Shown one piece after another: positions 20,447 to 30,992 of a stretch of 64,000 bases of DNA. Below the pieces are notes generated by a model, which saw nothing but the letters and a program-made list of their open reading frames with translations, was not told the origin of the DNA and ran no database searches. Source of the stretch: Novosphingobium sp. (GTDB lineage: Bacteria > Pseudomonadota > Alphaproteobacteria > Sphingomonadales > Sphingomonadaceae); NCBI GenBank assembly GCA_031428495.1, contig JANPPM010000215.1, positions 640 through 64,639 of the forward strand. Reading direction: 5' to 3'. The translations under genes were made by a program, and so were the position numbers. Each line of letters begins with the position of its first letter. Position 1 is the stretch's first letter.

Positions 20447-22591
20447 ATGGACCAGATGCGACTCGCCTTGCCGCAACCGGTCGAATGGGGCCCTTCCCGC
20501 CCGTTCACCCCGATCCGTTTGGGATGGATCACCAGCGCCATTCGGCAACACTGGAAACTGGTCGCTGGCGCACTCGCCGTCTGCATTCTGCTGGCGCTCC
20601 TGTATGTGAGCCTGACGCCGACGAGTTACAGCGCAACCGCCGTGGTCACATTGGAACAGCGCCAGCGTGAGGTCGTCGAGGGCGGACAAGTTCTATCTGA
20701 CCTGCCCGTCAGTCTCGGCGGTGTCGCCGACACCCAGGTCGAGGTGTTGCGCTCGCGCGCCATCGCATTGGGCGCGGCGCAGCGCCTCGGCGTTGAACGC
20801 GCAAAGAAGCTGCTCAATGCGGACGATCCGCGCCGAGCCAGATCGAATGAGGTTGTGCTTGGCGCAGCCGCTGATGTTATCTCGCGCTCTATCCTGGTCG
20901 TGCGGCTGGGCATGAGTTTCGCCATTTCGATAACCGCGCGCGCCGGCGATCCCGAAATGGCGGCCGACATGGCCAATGCTGTGGCCGAAGCCTATCTGGC
21001 AGGCCAGTTGCGCGAAAAGAATGGCGCAACAGAAGACGCAGCGGCCTATCTCGGCACCCAGATCGAGCAAATGCGCGGTGAAGTGCGCCAAGCCGAGCAG
21101 GCTGTGTCGAGCTATCAGGCGGCCAACGGCCTGCTGACCGTAACCCGCGGCGACCTCACCGAACAGCGCATGTCCGAGTTCCAGCGGCAGGAAGCCGATG
21201 CGCAAGCAATTTACTCGGAGAAGTCAGCGCGCCTCGGGGCGGCGCGTAGTCAGCTGGCCGGTGGCGCGGTCGGCGACGGCAGCATTGGCGAGGGTCAAAA
21301 CTCGGGCGTAGTCCGCGATCTGCGTGCGAAATTGGCAGATGTCGTCCAGAAGCAGAGCGAGGCCAGGGTTCGCTATGGTCCGAAGCATCCACTGGTCGCT
21401 CAGCTCGACGAGGAGCGTGGCTCGCTTGAAGGGGATCTGCGCCGCGAAACCAGCCGGATCATCGAAGGGTTGAGCGCCGATGCCGCTGCCGCGCGGGGCC
21501 GACTCGACTCGGTCAGCGGCAGCGTCGGCGAAGCGCGTGCATCGCTGGCACGCGAGAACAGCGCCTCGGTCGCCCTTGCCGAGCTCAACCGCGAGGCCGA
21601 TGCCAAGCGCTCGCTCTACAAGTCATATCTCGCGCGCTACCAACAGCTCATGTCCGTGCGCGGACAAGCCGTATCCGATGCGCGGCTCGCTTCCTCTGCC
21701 GCCATACCTCTGGCACCCGAAGCCCCGCGCAAGTCGATGGCCTATGCGCTCGCGCTTGTAGTCGGCCTGTTGCTTGGCCTGGCACTCGCCGCGATTGCCG
21801 AAGTGCTCGAACACCGCGTCCGCTCCAGTGACGATATCACGCACGGTCTGCAGGCGCGCTATCTCGGCTATACGCCGCAGGTCGAGGGCAGCCGCAGCGT
21901 CGATACCGCCGCCTTGATCGACGAATTGCCGAACTCCCACTATACTGAATCCTTCCGCACCTTGCACCTCGCCATTGGCACAATGGGGCAAAGTGAGCCG
22001 CCCGGCGTGGTCGCAGTAACCTCTGCGCTGGCTGATGAAGGCAAGACTAGCACTTCCCTCGCACTTGCCCGGTCGGCTGTCCGCAGCGGCAAGACGGCAC
22101 TGGTGATCGATTGCGACACGCGTCGGCGCGGCTTTACCAAGCTGATGTCGATGATCCCGCAGGCAGGGATGGTTGAAGTTGCCGAAGGATCGGTGCCGCT
22201 GGCCGACGCCGTTCTGCGCGATGCGGGCAGCGGCTGCGATTTCATTGCCGCCGCTGCCCCAGGCCGCAAGATCACAGAGGATATCGACAACAGTGCAGTC
22301 GAACGAATCCTCGCTGAACTGCGTCCGGCCTACGATCTCATCATACTCGACTGTGGGCCGGTGCTCGCAGTCGCCGAGGCTCAGGCCCGGGTAGCATTGG
22401 CCGACGGCGTCCTCCTCCTCGCGCGCTGGCGCAGCACGCCGATGGCAGCCCTGCGTTCTGCACTGGCGGTGCTCAAACAGCAGAAGATCGGCAATGTCGG
22501 CGTGATCATCACGATGATTCCGCCCGGCACGGCAGAAGCTGGCAATGCGAGCTACTATTACAAGCAGCTCGCGCAATACTACGCGAGCTGA
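20447..22591 (+). CDS. Polysaccharide co-polymerase / BY-kinase (Wzc/GumC/ExoP-like)
   Basis: Two TMs flanking a coiled coil with YGPKHP, Walker A DEGKTS, VIDCD, IILD, C-terminal Tyr cluster YYYKQLAQYY. Confidence 0.9.
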   Translation: MDQMRLALPQPVEWGPSRPFTPIRLGWITSAIRQHWKLVAGALAVCILLALLYVSLTPTSYSATAVVTLEQRQREVVEGGQVLSDLPVSLGGVADTQVEVLRSRAIALGAAQRLGVERAKKLLNADDPRRARSNEVVLGAAADVISRSILVVRLGMSFAISITARAGDPEMAADMANAVAEAYLAGQLREKNGATEDAAAYLGTQIEQMRGEVRQAEQAVSSYQAANGLLTVTRGDLTEQRMSEFQRQEADAQAIYSEKSARLGAARSQLAGGAVGDGSIGEGQNSGVVRDLRAKLADVVQKQSEARVRYGPKHPLVAQLDEERGSLEGDLRRETSRIIEGLSADAAAARGRLDSVSGSVGEARASLARENSASVALAELNREADAKRSLYKSYLARYQQLMSVRGQAVSDARLASSAAIPLAPEAPRKSMAYALALVVGLLLGLALAAIAEVLEHRVRSSDDITHGLQARYLGYTPQVEGSRSVDTAALIDELPNSHYTESFRTLHLAIGTMGQSEPPGVVAVTSALADEGKTSTSLALARSAVRSGKTALVIDCDTRRRGFTKLMSMIPQAGMVEVAEGSVPLADAVLRDAGSGCDFIAAAAPGRKITEDIDNSAVERILAELRPAYDLIILDCGPVLAVAEAQARVALADGVLLLARWRSTPMAALRSALAVLKQQKIGNVGVIITMIPPGTAEAGNASYYYKQLAQYYAS

Positions 22592-22595
22592 GCCG

Positions 22596-23723
22596 GTGCG
22601 CGTCGCCATCGTCCATTACTGGCTGGTGGGCATGCGCGGCGGCGAGCGGGTGCTTGAAGAGATTTGTCGGCTATTCCCCGATGCCGACATTTTCACCCAT
22701 GTCTATGACCCCGCAGCGGTTTCCGATTACCTGCGGGGCCGCAACGTGCGAACCACCTTCATCCAGAAGTTGCCGTGGGCGACACGGTCTTACCAGACCT
22801 ACTTGCCGCTAATGCCGCTGGCGCTGGAGCAGCTTGATCTTACCGCCTACGATCTGGTCATCACCTCGGAAGCCGGCCCAGCAAAGGGCGTGATCCTGCG
22901 GCCAGACGCGGTGCAGCTGTGCTATTGCCATTCGCCGATGCGTTATGTGTGGGATCAATACCACGTCTATCGCGCCGAGGCGGGCTTGATCACGCGGACC
23001 TTGCTGCCACTGCTCGCGCACCGCCTTCGCCTATGGGATACCAGCTCGGCGCAGCGGGTCGATCATGTGGTGGCCAATTCGCGCTACATCGCCCAGCGCG
23101 TTGCCAAATGCTGGCGGCGCGAAGCCTCGGTTGTCCACCCGCCCGTGTCAGTCGGCGATTTTTCGCCCGGTGATGCTGGCGAGGAATTCCTGTGGGCTGG
23201 GCAGATGGTGCCTTACAAACGGCCCGATATCGCCCTTGAAGCCTTTACCACGCTTGGCCTGCCCCTGCTCATGCTGGGCGACGGGCCGATGCGCGCCAAG
23301 CTGATGGCCCGAGCCGGACCCACTGTGCGCTTCGTCGAGCGATTGAGCTACGTTGAATTGCAGCAGGCCTATGCCCGCGCCCGCGCGCTGGTGTTCACTG
23401 CAGAGGAGGATTTCGGCATCATCCCGGTGGAGGCTCAGGCGGCAGGGCGCCCGGTGATTGCCTTTGGACGGGGGGGAGCGCTGGAGACGGTCATCGAGCG
23501 CAAGACAGGGTTGTTTTTCCGCGAGCAGACCAGCCAAGCGCTGATCGCCGCGCTCCGCCAGTTCGAAAGCTGGGAAAGCGATTTCCGCCCGTCGGATGCG
23601 CTCGCCAATGCGCAGCGCTTTTCGGTGCAGGCATTCCGCGAGGGCTTCATCCGCGAGGTGCTTGCCGCTTGTCCGGGTGCTCCGCTCGTACAACCTGCCT
23701 TGCAGATCCCAGCGGCGGCGTGA
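22596..23723 (+). CDS. Glycosyltransferase family 4
   Basis: VAIVHYWLVGMRGGERVL, CYCHSPMRY, EEDFGIIPVEAQAAGRPVIA. Confidence 0.92.
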   Translation: MRVAIVHYWLVGMRGGERVLEEICRLFPDADIFTHVYDPAAVSDYLRGRNVRTTFIQKLPWATRSYQTYLPLMPLALEQLDLTAYDLVITSEAGPAKGVILRPDAVQLCYCHSPMRYVWDQYHVYRAEAGLITRTLLPLLAHRLRLWDTSSAQRVDHVVANSRYIAQRVAKCWRREASVVHPPVSVGDFSPGDAGEEFLWAGQMVPYKRPDIALEAFTTLGLPLLMLGDGPMRAKLMARAGPTVRFVERLSYVELQQAYARARALVFTAEEDFGIIPVEAQAAGRPVIAFGRGGALETVIERKTGLFFREQTSQALIAALRQFESWESDFRPSDALANAQRFSVQAFREGFIREVLAACPGAPLVQPALQIPAAA

Positions 23724-24808
23724 TGGGCGCGAAGCCAACCGAACAGCTTGTCGGCATCCAGTACCTTCGCGGGATCGCCGCAGTCATGGTCGCGGTGCAC
23801 CATACGCTGGAGGAGTCCTATGGCGCTACCAACATGACTGGCCGCGCGCCCGATTGGTTTACCACTCTGGGCGCTGCGGGCGTCGACATTTTCTTCGTGA
23901 TCAGCGGCCTCGTCATGCTGCTATCAAGCTTCGGGACTGAGGGCGCTGTCCGTCCGTTAACATTCCTGCGCAAGCGCTTCCTGCGCATTTTTCCGCTCTA
24001 CTGGTTGTGCCTGCTTGGTCTTTTCCTTTGCTGGCTCGCAGGCTTTTACCAATCGCTAGAACCCGATCCGCGATTCATGCTGCGCAATGCCATGCTGTGG
24101 CCGGGAGAACGGCTGGCACTCGGCGTTTCGTGGACGCTGAGTTACGAGCTCTATTTCTACGGAATTTTCGCGGTGATGTTGTTCGCCAGATCGCGCGCGA
24201 TTGCCGTGGCCGGAACCCTCGCGGTCCTTTGCGCCGGAATAGTGATTGCGCCGTTACTTGCGCCAAGCGAGCCAGTGCGGCGGATGGGCGACCTGATCGT
24301 GCTCGAATTCACTCTCGGCTTTTCCGTCGCCTACGGGCTTGCAGCATTCAGGCAACTGCGCGGACTGGCCTGGGTGGCACTGCCAGGTTTTGCCATGATT
24401 GCGGCTTCGACGATCCTGTCGCCAATCGCGACGACCAACGAGTTGCCGATGCCCGAGCGCCTACTGGGCTGGGGATTGGGCGGCGCACTCGTCGTGCTCG
24501 GCTTTGCTGCGTTGCGCGAGGCCCCCACACCTTTTCATCGCCCGCTCAAGCTGATCGGCGATGCGTCCTATGCGATCTACCTGACGCATCCCTTCCTGAT
24601 GCTCGGCTATGCCTTTGCTCTCAAGCATGTGGCCGTGTTGCGCGAAAGCCCGCAGCCGCTGATTGCTGCCGGGGTAGTTGGCGCCTGCGTGCTGGCAGGC
24701 ATCGCGGTGCACCTGATGGTCGAAAAGCCAATGCTGCGCCCGGTGCGCAAAGTTGAAGCCCAGCCAGCCGACCCTGCCAGCGCACGCACCATAGGTGTTT
24801 CAACATGA
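23723..24808 (+). CDS. Acyltransferase family 3 (ExoZ-like)
   Basis: IQYLRGIAA, GVDIFFVISG, WTLSYE, GDASYAIYLTH; TGATG coupling to the upstream gene. Confidence 0.9.
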   Translation: MGAKPTEQLVGIQYLRGIAAVMVAVHHTLEESYGATNMTGRAPDWFTTLGAAGVDIFFVISGLVMLLSSFGTEGAVRPLTFLRKRFLRIFPLYWLCLLGLFLCWLAGFYQSLEPDPRFMLRNAMLWPGERLALGVSWTLSYELYFYGIFAVMLFARSRAIAVAGTLAVLCAGIVIAPLLAPSEPVRRMGDLIVLEFTLGFSVAYGLAAFRQLRGLAWVALPGFAMIAASTILSPIATTNELPMPERLLGWGLGGALVVLGFAALREAPTPFHRPLKLIGDASYAIYLTHPFLMLGYAFALKHVAVLRESPQPLIAAGVVGACVLAGIAVHLMVEKPMLRPVRKVEAQPADPASARTIGVST

Positions 24809-26223
24809 CCCTGGTCTGGTTCGCGATCCTGCTCGGCGTGGCTGCGCTGACGGTGCGGTGCGGGCTTGCGACGATGCTGGCCGCTTGCATGGTCCTCTCG
24901 ATTTTTCAGGCGGCTGCCGCAATTGGCATTGGCGGGTTTTTTCTCCAGCCCGGCTTCGTCTTTCTGCTCCTGATCATTGCGGCGATTTCCCTTCGTGCTT
25001 TCGATCAGCAGGAGCTGCAATGGCTGTTTCATGCGAGCAGGCTCAACACGCTGGTGCTGCTATTCACCGCATGGTGCATCTTCAGCGCAATTGTCTTGCC
25101 AAGGGTATTCGGGGGGACACTGGTGGTATTCCCGCTGCAAAGCAGCCTGTTCCCGGGGCAGGAACTGGCGCGATACTACCTCAGACCCGAACCGACCAAT
25201 TTCAACCAGTCGAGCTATGCCGTGCTGTGTATGCTCGCGTGCCTCACCGCGACGTTCACGCTTGCGCGCGATGCACGCTTTGCGCCGCTGCGAAAGGGCA
25301 TCGCGATTGGCGTGGCGCTGCTCGTCGTGCTCGGTCTGGTGCAGTGGGTCGTGCGATTTGCCGGCATGGAATTCAAGCCCACGCTCCTTTACAACAACAC
25401 CAGCGTGGCCTTGCAACTCGACCAGAGCTTCGGCGCGGTGCCGCGGATCAACGTGACATTTATCGAGCCTTCTTCGCTTGCTGTCGGGCTTGCGCCGTTT
25501 ATTGCCTACCTGATTTCGGTGGCGATCATTGATCACCGCGCACGGCGGCTTGGCTGGCTGGCACTGGGCGGAGCGCTGATCCTCGTGCTGTCCACTTCGA
25601 CCACTGCCTACCTCGGGCTCGGCGTAGCGCTCGCCTCGGTGCCGCTTGCCATGGCAATCCATGACCGTGGCCGTTTTCTGACGGGAACTTTGCTGCTCAT
25701 GACTTTAGGGGTTGCGGTCTGCACCCTGATTCTACTCGCGCTTTGGGTTATGGTCCCAGCCTTGCATGAGCCCGTCCTGTCGATATTCAATGCCACGGTT
25801 ACTGACAAAGGCATGTCGAGTTCGGCGATCGAGCGGCGCAGCTGGAACCAGCAGGCATGGGACAATTTTCTTGCCACCTGGGGGCTTGGCACCGGGTTCG
25901 GTTCAAGCCGGGCATCAGGGCTGGTCTGGATGCTGCTGGGCAATACCGGCATTCCCGGCTTTGCGCTTTTCTGCATCTTCGTCGTCCAATCGCTTCTGCC
26001 GGGTCAGCACGATCGCGGCGAATGGTCGCCTGACCTCGCCGGGCTCAAGGCGGGGGTGATCACGGCAACGGTGACGCTGTTCGCTTCAGGCGCGGAGCTC
26101 ACCGCGCTGGCTTTCTGGCTGATGCTCGGCGCACTTGCGGTGAACCGCATTCCCGCCGCCCGGGCGCTCAGTGTTTCGCGCGAAATACCACTATCAGCGG
26201 AGCAGCGCCCAGCGGCAGGGTGA
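24805..26223 (+). CDS. Putative polysaccharide polymerase (Wzy-like)
   Basis: Polytopic membrane protein with R...F.EPS, STSTTAY, S...R, GLGTGFGS motifs; EPS operon context. Confidence 0.7.
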   Translation: MTLVWFAILLGVAALTVRCGLATMLAACMVLSIFQAAAAIGIGGFFLQPGFVFLLLIIAAISLRAFDQQELQWLFHASRLNTLVLLFTAWCIFSAIVLPRVFGGTLVVFPLQSSLFPGQELARYYLRPEPTNFNQSSYAVLCMLACLTATFTLARDARFAPLRKGIAIGVALLVVLGLVQWVVRFAGMEFKPTLLYNNTSVALQLDQSFGAVPRINVTFIEPSSLAVGLAPFIAYLISVAIIDHRARRLGWLALGGALILVLSTSTTAYLGLGVALASVPLAMAIHDRGRFLTGTLLLMTLGVAVCTLILLALWVMVPALHEPVLSIFNATVTDKGMSSSAIERRSWNQQAWDNFLATWGLGTGFGSSRASGLVWMLLGNTGIPGFALFCIFVVQSLLPGQHDRGEWSPDLAGLKAGVITATVTLFASGAELTALAFWLMLGALAVNRIPAARALSVSREIPLSAEQRPAAG

Positions 26224-27472
26224 CAGTCCCATTTGCCAAACCGGCGCGGGTCCGGGAGCCGGTAACCGGCGCATGGATGGCCGCTTCACCCGCCCCCGGT
26301 GGAGCGGAAAGTGAAACCTGCGCATCGGCAACGGCGATCGGACTATCCCGGTCCGGATCCCACAGCGGCGCGCGGCGATATAGAACGGCGATGCGCGCGC
26401 CATCGGCGCGTGACAATTGCAACAGGGCAATGTCCTCGGGCCCTCGGAGGAGACGCGCTTCGCCCAGCTGCACTCCTGCTGTGCCGGAATCACGCATGGC
26501 GATCAGAAGGTTGCGCAAGGCGTGGGCTGCTGGTTTGGGCCGGTAAGCATTGTCGAACAGGCCGAAGTGGCGCTCCATGTCCTTGCCACCGGGATCGGGA
26601 TAGCCGTCGAGCAGCTGGTAAAGCATGGTCTCGCTGACCCCGGCGGCCCAGGCATCAAACAGCAGATTGAGCATGAGGGGCGCAGCAGTTGTCTCATCGA
26701 CGCCTTCCCAAAGCCCGGCATCGATCGTGTTGTGATAGCCTGCCTCTGTCAGGACCATCGGCTTACCCGGCATCACCACCTGTTGGCGCGCCATGTCTCC
26801 CAACAAAGTGGCCCGCGCTTGTGCCCCAGCGTGAGCATAGGAGTGGAAATTGGCAAAGTCCGCCTTACCGGCAAGGTCAGGCCAGGATGTTAGATTATAG
26901 ACTGGCACATGGGTGAGCGCGGGTGAGCCGCGCACCGCATCGAAGAGGTCAGACTGAAATATCTGCGCCGCGTCGTCGCCCCTTCTTCCCTTGTATGCGA
27001 AGCCAAAGTTATTGACTTCGTTGGGCCCTTCTATCGCTGCGACCGCGCCGGGATGGGCTCGCTCGAAGGCCGAAAGCGCCGCAACGGAATCTGCGAGCGG
27101 CACCTGCCCAAGGACAAGAAAGGTAAATCGGAAGCCTTCCTCGGCAGCGGCATGGACATGCTCAATCCGCGCATTTCCCGGCAGCGGCGCAATCTCCCGC
27201 AAGTGCTTCACGCCCAGCCAGTCGAGCGACGCCTTGACATGCGGCCAGTTGGCATAGGCACTGTCGGCATAGACCAGATGGACGACGACTCCCACGCTGT
27301 CGGCAAAGGCTTCCGCGCTTTCAGGCTTGGCGCGTGGCGGGCGGCGCGGCGCGGCGAGCGCTTCGGCCACTTCGAGCCGGGCGATATGCGCAAAGCGGCC
27401 CACCAGCGGTTGCCATACCGCGACTGCGCCAATCAGCACCGCGCCTCCCAGAATGGCGGCGCGGACGATCAT
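26168..27472 (-). CDS. Putative glycoside hydrolase (GH-A-like), N-terminally anchored; paralog of the 6719 catalytic domain
   Basis: EGPNEVNNF, PGKP..LTEAG, WEGVDETT, HFGLFDN...KPAA.AL.NL shared with the 6719 protein; hydrophobic N-terminus. Confidence 0.7.
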   Translation of the reverse strand: MIVRAAILGGAVLIGAVAVWQPLVGRFAHIARLEVAEALAAPRRPPRAKPESAEAFADSVGVVVHLVYADSAYANWPHVKASLDWLGVKHLREIAPLPGNARIEHVHAAAEEGFRFTFLVLGQVPLADSVAALSAFERAHPGAVAAIEGPNEVNNFGFAYKGRRGDDAAQIFQSDLFDAVRGSPALTHVPVYNLTSWPDLAGKADFANFHSYAHAGAQARATLLGDMARQQVVMPGKPMVLTEAGYHNTIDAGLWEGVDETTAAPLMLNLLFDAWAAGVSETMLYQLLDGYPDPGGKDMERHFGLFDNAYRPKPAAHALRNLLIAMRDSGTAGVQLGEARLLRGPEDIALLQLSRADGARIAVLYRRAPLWDPDRDSPIAVADAQVSLSAPPGAGEAAIHAPVTGSRTRAGLANGTVTLPLGAAPLIVVFRAKH

Positions 27473-27474
27473 CG

Positions 27475-28743
27475 TCAGAAATCGTAATTCAGATTGAGCG
27501 TCGCGGTTACCTGATCATAGTCAAAGCCTCGCTGTGCGCCTGCCGACTTGCGCCAGCGATAGCCGGTGCGCAATCCTGCCGAAAGCCCGCGCGTCAGCTG
27601 CCTTCGTGCACCCAGTTCGACGCCATAGACTTTGTCGTTCCGGTCGATCGAGCGAAAGTCTGCGCTGTCAAAGGTAACGCCAAGATCGATCAGCGTCTCA
27701 CGTGTCAGCTCATGATCGGCGCGCAGCAACAGGTGCGTGGAGAGATAGCCAGCGGCGTCATTGGATGCGCTGTTCTCCAGCCGCCGTGAGGCATCGAGGT
27801 GCAACGTGGTGATCGGCGACGCCAGCCAGTCGAGCGAGGCGTTGAACGCCACCGACGAAACCGGCTTGGCTGACGGCAAACGGAAAGTCTCGTGCAGAAA
27901 GCCGACACTGGCCCGCCCGCGCAGCAGCGGCGTGATCGAGGAGGACATTCCCACGCTGGCCTGCCAGCCGCGCGTATCGCGGTTAGCCCCGGTTCCGAGT
28001 TCCGGCAGGCGGTAATTGCCCCAATGCCGTTCGATCTCAGCGAACAGAAGTCGGTCACCATCGAGGTCATAATCCAGCCGCATGCGCGCGGCCAGATAGT
28101 CGAAGTCGCGCAGGCGCTGGTCCGCGAGCACGCCACCGCTAGATATGTCGGCATAGCGATACCATGCAGCATTTCCGCCCAAAGCAAGGCTGAGCCGCGC
28201 GCCCTGCCACTTGAGCTCGCTATCCGCGCTCGTCACCTTGTATCGCGCAGGCCCGCCTGCCGCGACTGGCGCTCCGGAAGATGTCCGCGGCTCAACCTGC
28301 CGGGCGTGGGAGAGACCAGCGGCGAGCTTCAAATTGGCAGGAAGATTGGCAGAGCCGGAAAGTCCGGCACGCCACTGGGTCGCATCCTCCGAACTAAAAC
28401 GTTTGTAGAAGCTGCGGCGCAGTTCAGACGAAAGACGGATCGATGCGTTGGCGGTGTCATAGTGTGCTGCCAGCCCGCCGTGTAGCGTGGTGACCGCATC
28501 ACCCGCACCGACCGGCGCAGCATAGACGTTCGAATCATAGGCGATCCGTGCCCCCAACTCAGGATAGAGGCGGATCACGCCAACCTCGATGCCCAGCTTC
28601 TGGCGTCTTTCTGCCTGTCGCTCGACCACCGTAATCGGACGGGTATCCTGCTCGGGAGCGTCCTTGACAGCTTGGTCGGGGCTGTCCTGTGCGCTTGAGA
28701 ATCCGGGCCCCATGGCAAGAGCCACGAACACCCCAAGAGGCAT
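27475..28743 (-). CDS. Outer-membrane beta-barrel protein of EPS export
   Basis: Signal peptide, YDSNVY, alternating beta-strand pattern, C-terminal LNLNYDF; start approximate. Confidence 0.8.
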   Translation of the reverse strand: MPLGVFVALAMGPGFSSAQDSPDQAVKDAPEQDTRPITVVERQAERRQKLGIEVGVIRLYPELGARIAYDSNVYAAPVGAGDAVTTLHGGLAAHYDTANASIRLSSELRRSFYKRFSSEDATQWRAGLSGSANLPANLKLAAGLSHARQVEPRTSSGAPVAAGGPARYKVTSADSELKWQGARLSLALGGNAAWYRYADISSGGVLADQRLRDFDYLAARMRLDYDLDGDRLLFAEIERHWGNYRLPELGTGANRDTRGWQASVGMSSSITPLLRGRASVGFLHETFRLPSAKPVSSVAFNASLDWLASPITTLHLDASRRLENSASNDAAGYLSTHLLLRADHELTRETLIDLGVTFDSADFRSIDRNDKVYGVELGARRQLTRGLSAGLRTGYRWRKSAGAQRGFDYDQVTATLNLNYDF

Positions 28744-28956
28744 CACGGTGCGCCTTGAAATGCGCCAGTCTTTTCGCAGTCGCAATATGACCAGGTTCCC
28801 TTGATTAGAAGCAGGACGCGGGATCACGGAACTGCTCAAAGAGCCTATCCTGAATGACGCATTACCGCAAGTTTTGTGGCAATTTGCGGAATCCGCCGTC
28901 CCAAAGTCGAACGCCTCGAACAAACTGGTTCAGCGCCCGGATTTGTACTGTTTTTT

Positions 28957-28968
28957 TGCAATGCAGCA
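28957..28968 (+). promoter_or_regulatory. PhaR/AniA-like box TGCAATGCAGCA
   Basis: Exact match 15 nt upstream of the GT4 start. Confidence 0.6.
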
Positions 28969-28983
28969 TGATACGAATCGCCC

Positions 28984-30105
28984 ATGGATCACGCCCGTGG
29001 AATCGACTTCAACGGAAAATTCCTCAGCGCTTCGCCAACCGGCGTGCACCGGGTCGCGCATGAGCTGATTCAGGCCTATGCGCGCCGCCAAAACCGCGAT
29101 CCAGCTGCTCCCGAAATGCGGGTGCTTGCCCCGCGCTCGATCAAGTGGCGGCCCCACTATGGCGCGATTTCAATTGTGGTCGGGGGGCTGTTAACCTGGC
29201 AATTCTGGGAGCAGTTTTCGCTACCCTGGCGCAGCCGTGGTCGGCTGCTGGTCAGCCTATGCAATCTGGCCCCGCTGTTCCGCCGCGACGCGATCACCAT
29301 GATACACGATGCGCAGGTGTTTCTTACGCCCGCATCGTACAGCCGCGCGTTCCGGCTGTGGTACCGTTTCGCCCTGCCGATGATCGGCCGCCGCCACCGC
29401 TATGTGATTACGGTGTCGAACTATTCGCGCGAGCAATTGGTCAAGGCCGGAGTCGCCCCGCGCGATCGGATTGTGGTTATCCATAACGGCGTCGATCACA
29501 TCCTTGCGACGCCTTCCGCCACCGGCGTGGTTGCCAGTCTGGGCCTTGCGCCAAGGCGCTATGTCGTGGCGCTCGCCAACTTGCAGGCGCACAAGAACAT
29601 CGCATTGCTGCTGCGCACCTTCGCGGATTCGCAGATGGCAGAGCTGACTTTGGTGCTGGTCGGCGCTTCGACCAAGGCCGAATTTGAAAGTGCCGGGCAT
29701 GCGGTGCCGACCAATGTCCGCTTTACCGGCAAGGTCACCGATGCCGAGATGCGCGCACTGATGGAAGCGGCGGGATGCCTCGCATTTCCTTCGACGACCG
29801 AGGGTTTCGGCTTGCCCCCGCTGGAGGCAATGCGGCTTGGCTGTCCGGCTGTAGTTGCCCCTTGCGGCGCGCTGCCCGAGGTGTGCGGCGATGCGGCGAT
29901 CTATGCCGATCCGGCAGATCCTGATGCCTGGATCGAACCGCTGCGCAGGCTGTGCCTCGATAGCTGGGCCCGTGAATTCTACGGCGCACGCGGAGTCCGG
30001 CGGGCGAGCGCGTTCACATGGGATCGCGCCGCAGCAGGTCTCGAGAAGGTTATCGCCGAGGTTCTGGAGGCCCCGACCCCAAGCGCTGTGGCGGTGCCAG
30101 CATGA
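28984..30105 (+). CDS. Glycosyltransferase family 4
   Basis: TGVHRVA, WEQ, TVSNYS, HKN, FPSTTEGFGLPPLEAM..GCP. Confidence 0.92.
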   Translation: MDHARGIDFNGKFLSASPTGVHRVAHELIQAYARRQNRDPAAPEMRVLAPRSIKWRPHYGAISIVVGGLLTWQFWEQFSLPWRSRGRLLVSLCNLAPLFRRDAITMIHDAQVFLTPASYSRAFRLWYRFALPMIGRRHRYVITVSNYSREQLVKAGVAPRDRIVVIHNGVDHILATPSATGVVASLGLAPRRYVVALANLQAHKNIALLLRTFADSQMAELTLVLVGASTKAEFESAGHAVPTNVRFTGKVTDAEMRALMEAAGCLAFPSTTEGFGLPPLEAMRLGCPAVVAPCGALPEVCGDAAIYADPADPDAWIEPLRRLCLDSWAREFYGARGVRRASAFTWDRAAAGLEKVIAEVLEAPTPSAVAVPA

Positions 30106-30992
30106 AAGCTGCTGACATGCGCGTTGCGGTGGTTATCGCCAGCATCGGCCGCGCTACCGAGTTGCAGCAGTGGACCGAACGCCTCGCTGCGCAAACCCAT
30201 CCGCCACACCGCGTAGTCTATTCGGTGGTACGCGACAGCGATCTGCCAGCCGCAGAGCTGCTCTATCCCGGTGGCGAAGTGGTCATGGGAACTGCGGGCC
30301 TACCGGCCCAACGCAACCGCGCGATGGAACGCGTTCTCAACGATTGCGACCTGATCGCGTTCTTCGACGACGATTACGTTCCTGCGCGGAGCTGTATTGC
30401 CCGCGCTGCCGAGCTTTTTGCTGCAAATCCCGGCATCGCCGGGGCCAATGGACTGTTGCTCGCCGACGGCATTCACGGGCCCGGGATCGACTATGGCACG
30501 GCACTGGCAACGGTCGACTTCTATGACACCGCCGTAGCTGACCCCATTCGCATCGAGCACGACCTCGAAGGGCTTTATGGCTGCAACATGGTCTATCGCT
30601 CTGCCATGATCGGCGCCGTGCGCTTCGATGAAAGGCTGCCGCTCTATGCCTGGCAGGAGGACATCGACTTCGCGGTGCAGGTCAGTGCGTGCGGACGGAT
30701 CGTCAAATCCAATGCCTTTGCTGGCGTCCACCAGGGCGCAAAAGGCGGCCGCGGCTCAGGGCTGCGGCTTGGCTATTCCCAGATCGCCAACCCGTTTTAT
30801 CTGTGGCGCAAAGGGACCATGTCGCGCAGTTTTGCACTGCGACTGATGGCGGGCAATGTGATCAGCAACCACGTCAAATCGCTGCGGCCCGAACCTTGGG
30901 TGGACCGGCTTGGCCGCATGCGCGGCAACTGGCTGGGCCTTGCCGACGCACTTCTGGGCAGGCTTAAACCAGAGCGGATTTTGCAGCTTTAG
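30102..30992 (+). CDS. Glycosyltransferase family 2
   Basis: QRN, FFDDD, GCNM, FDERL, QEDIDF; ATGA overlap with the upstream gene. Confidence 0.88.
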   Translation: MKAADMRVAVVIASIGRATELQQWTERLAAQTHPPHRVVYSVVRDSDLPAAELLYPGGEVVMGTAGLPAQRNRAMERVLNDCDLIAFFDDDYVPARSCIARAAELFAANPGIAGANGLLLADGIHGPGIDYGTALATVDFYDTAVADPIRIEHDLEGLYGCNMVYRSAMIGAVRFDERLPLYAWQEDIDFAVQVSACGRIVKSNAFAGVHQGAKGGRGSGLRLGYSQIANPFYLWRKGTMSRSFALRLMAGNVISNHVKSLRPEPWVDRLGRMRGNWLGLADALLGRLKPERILQL

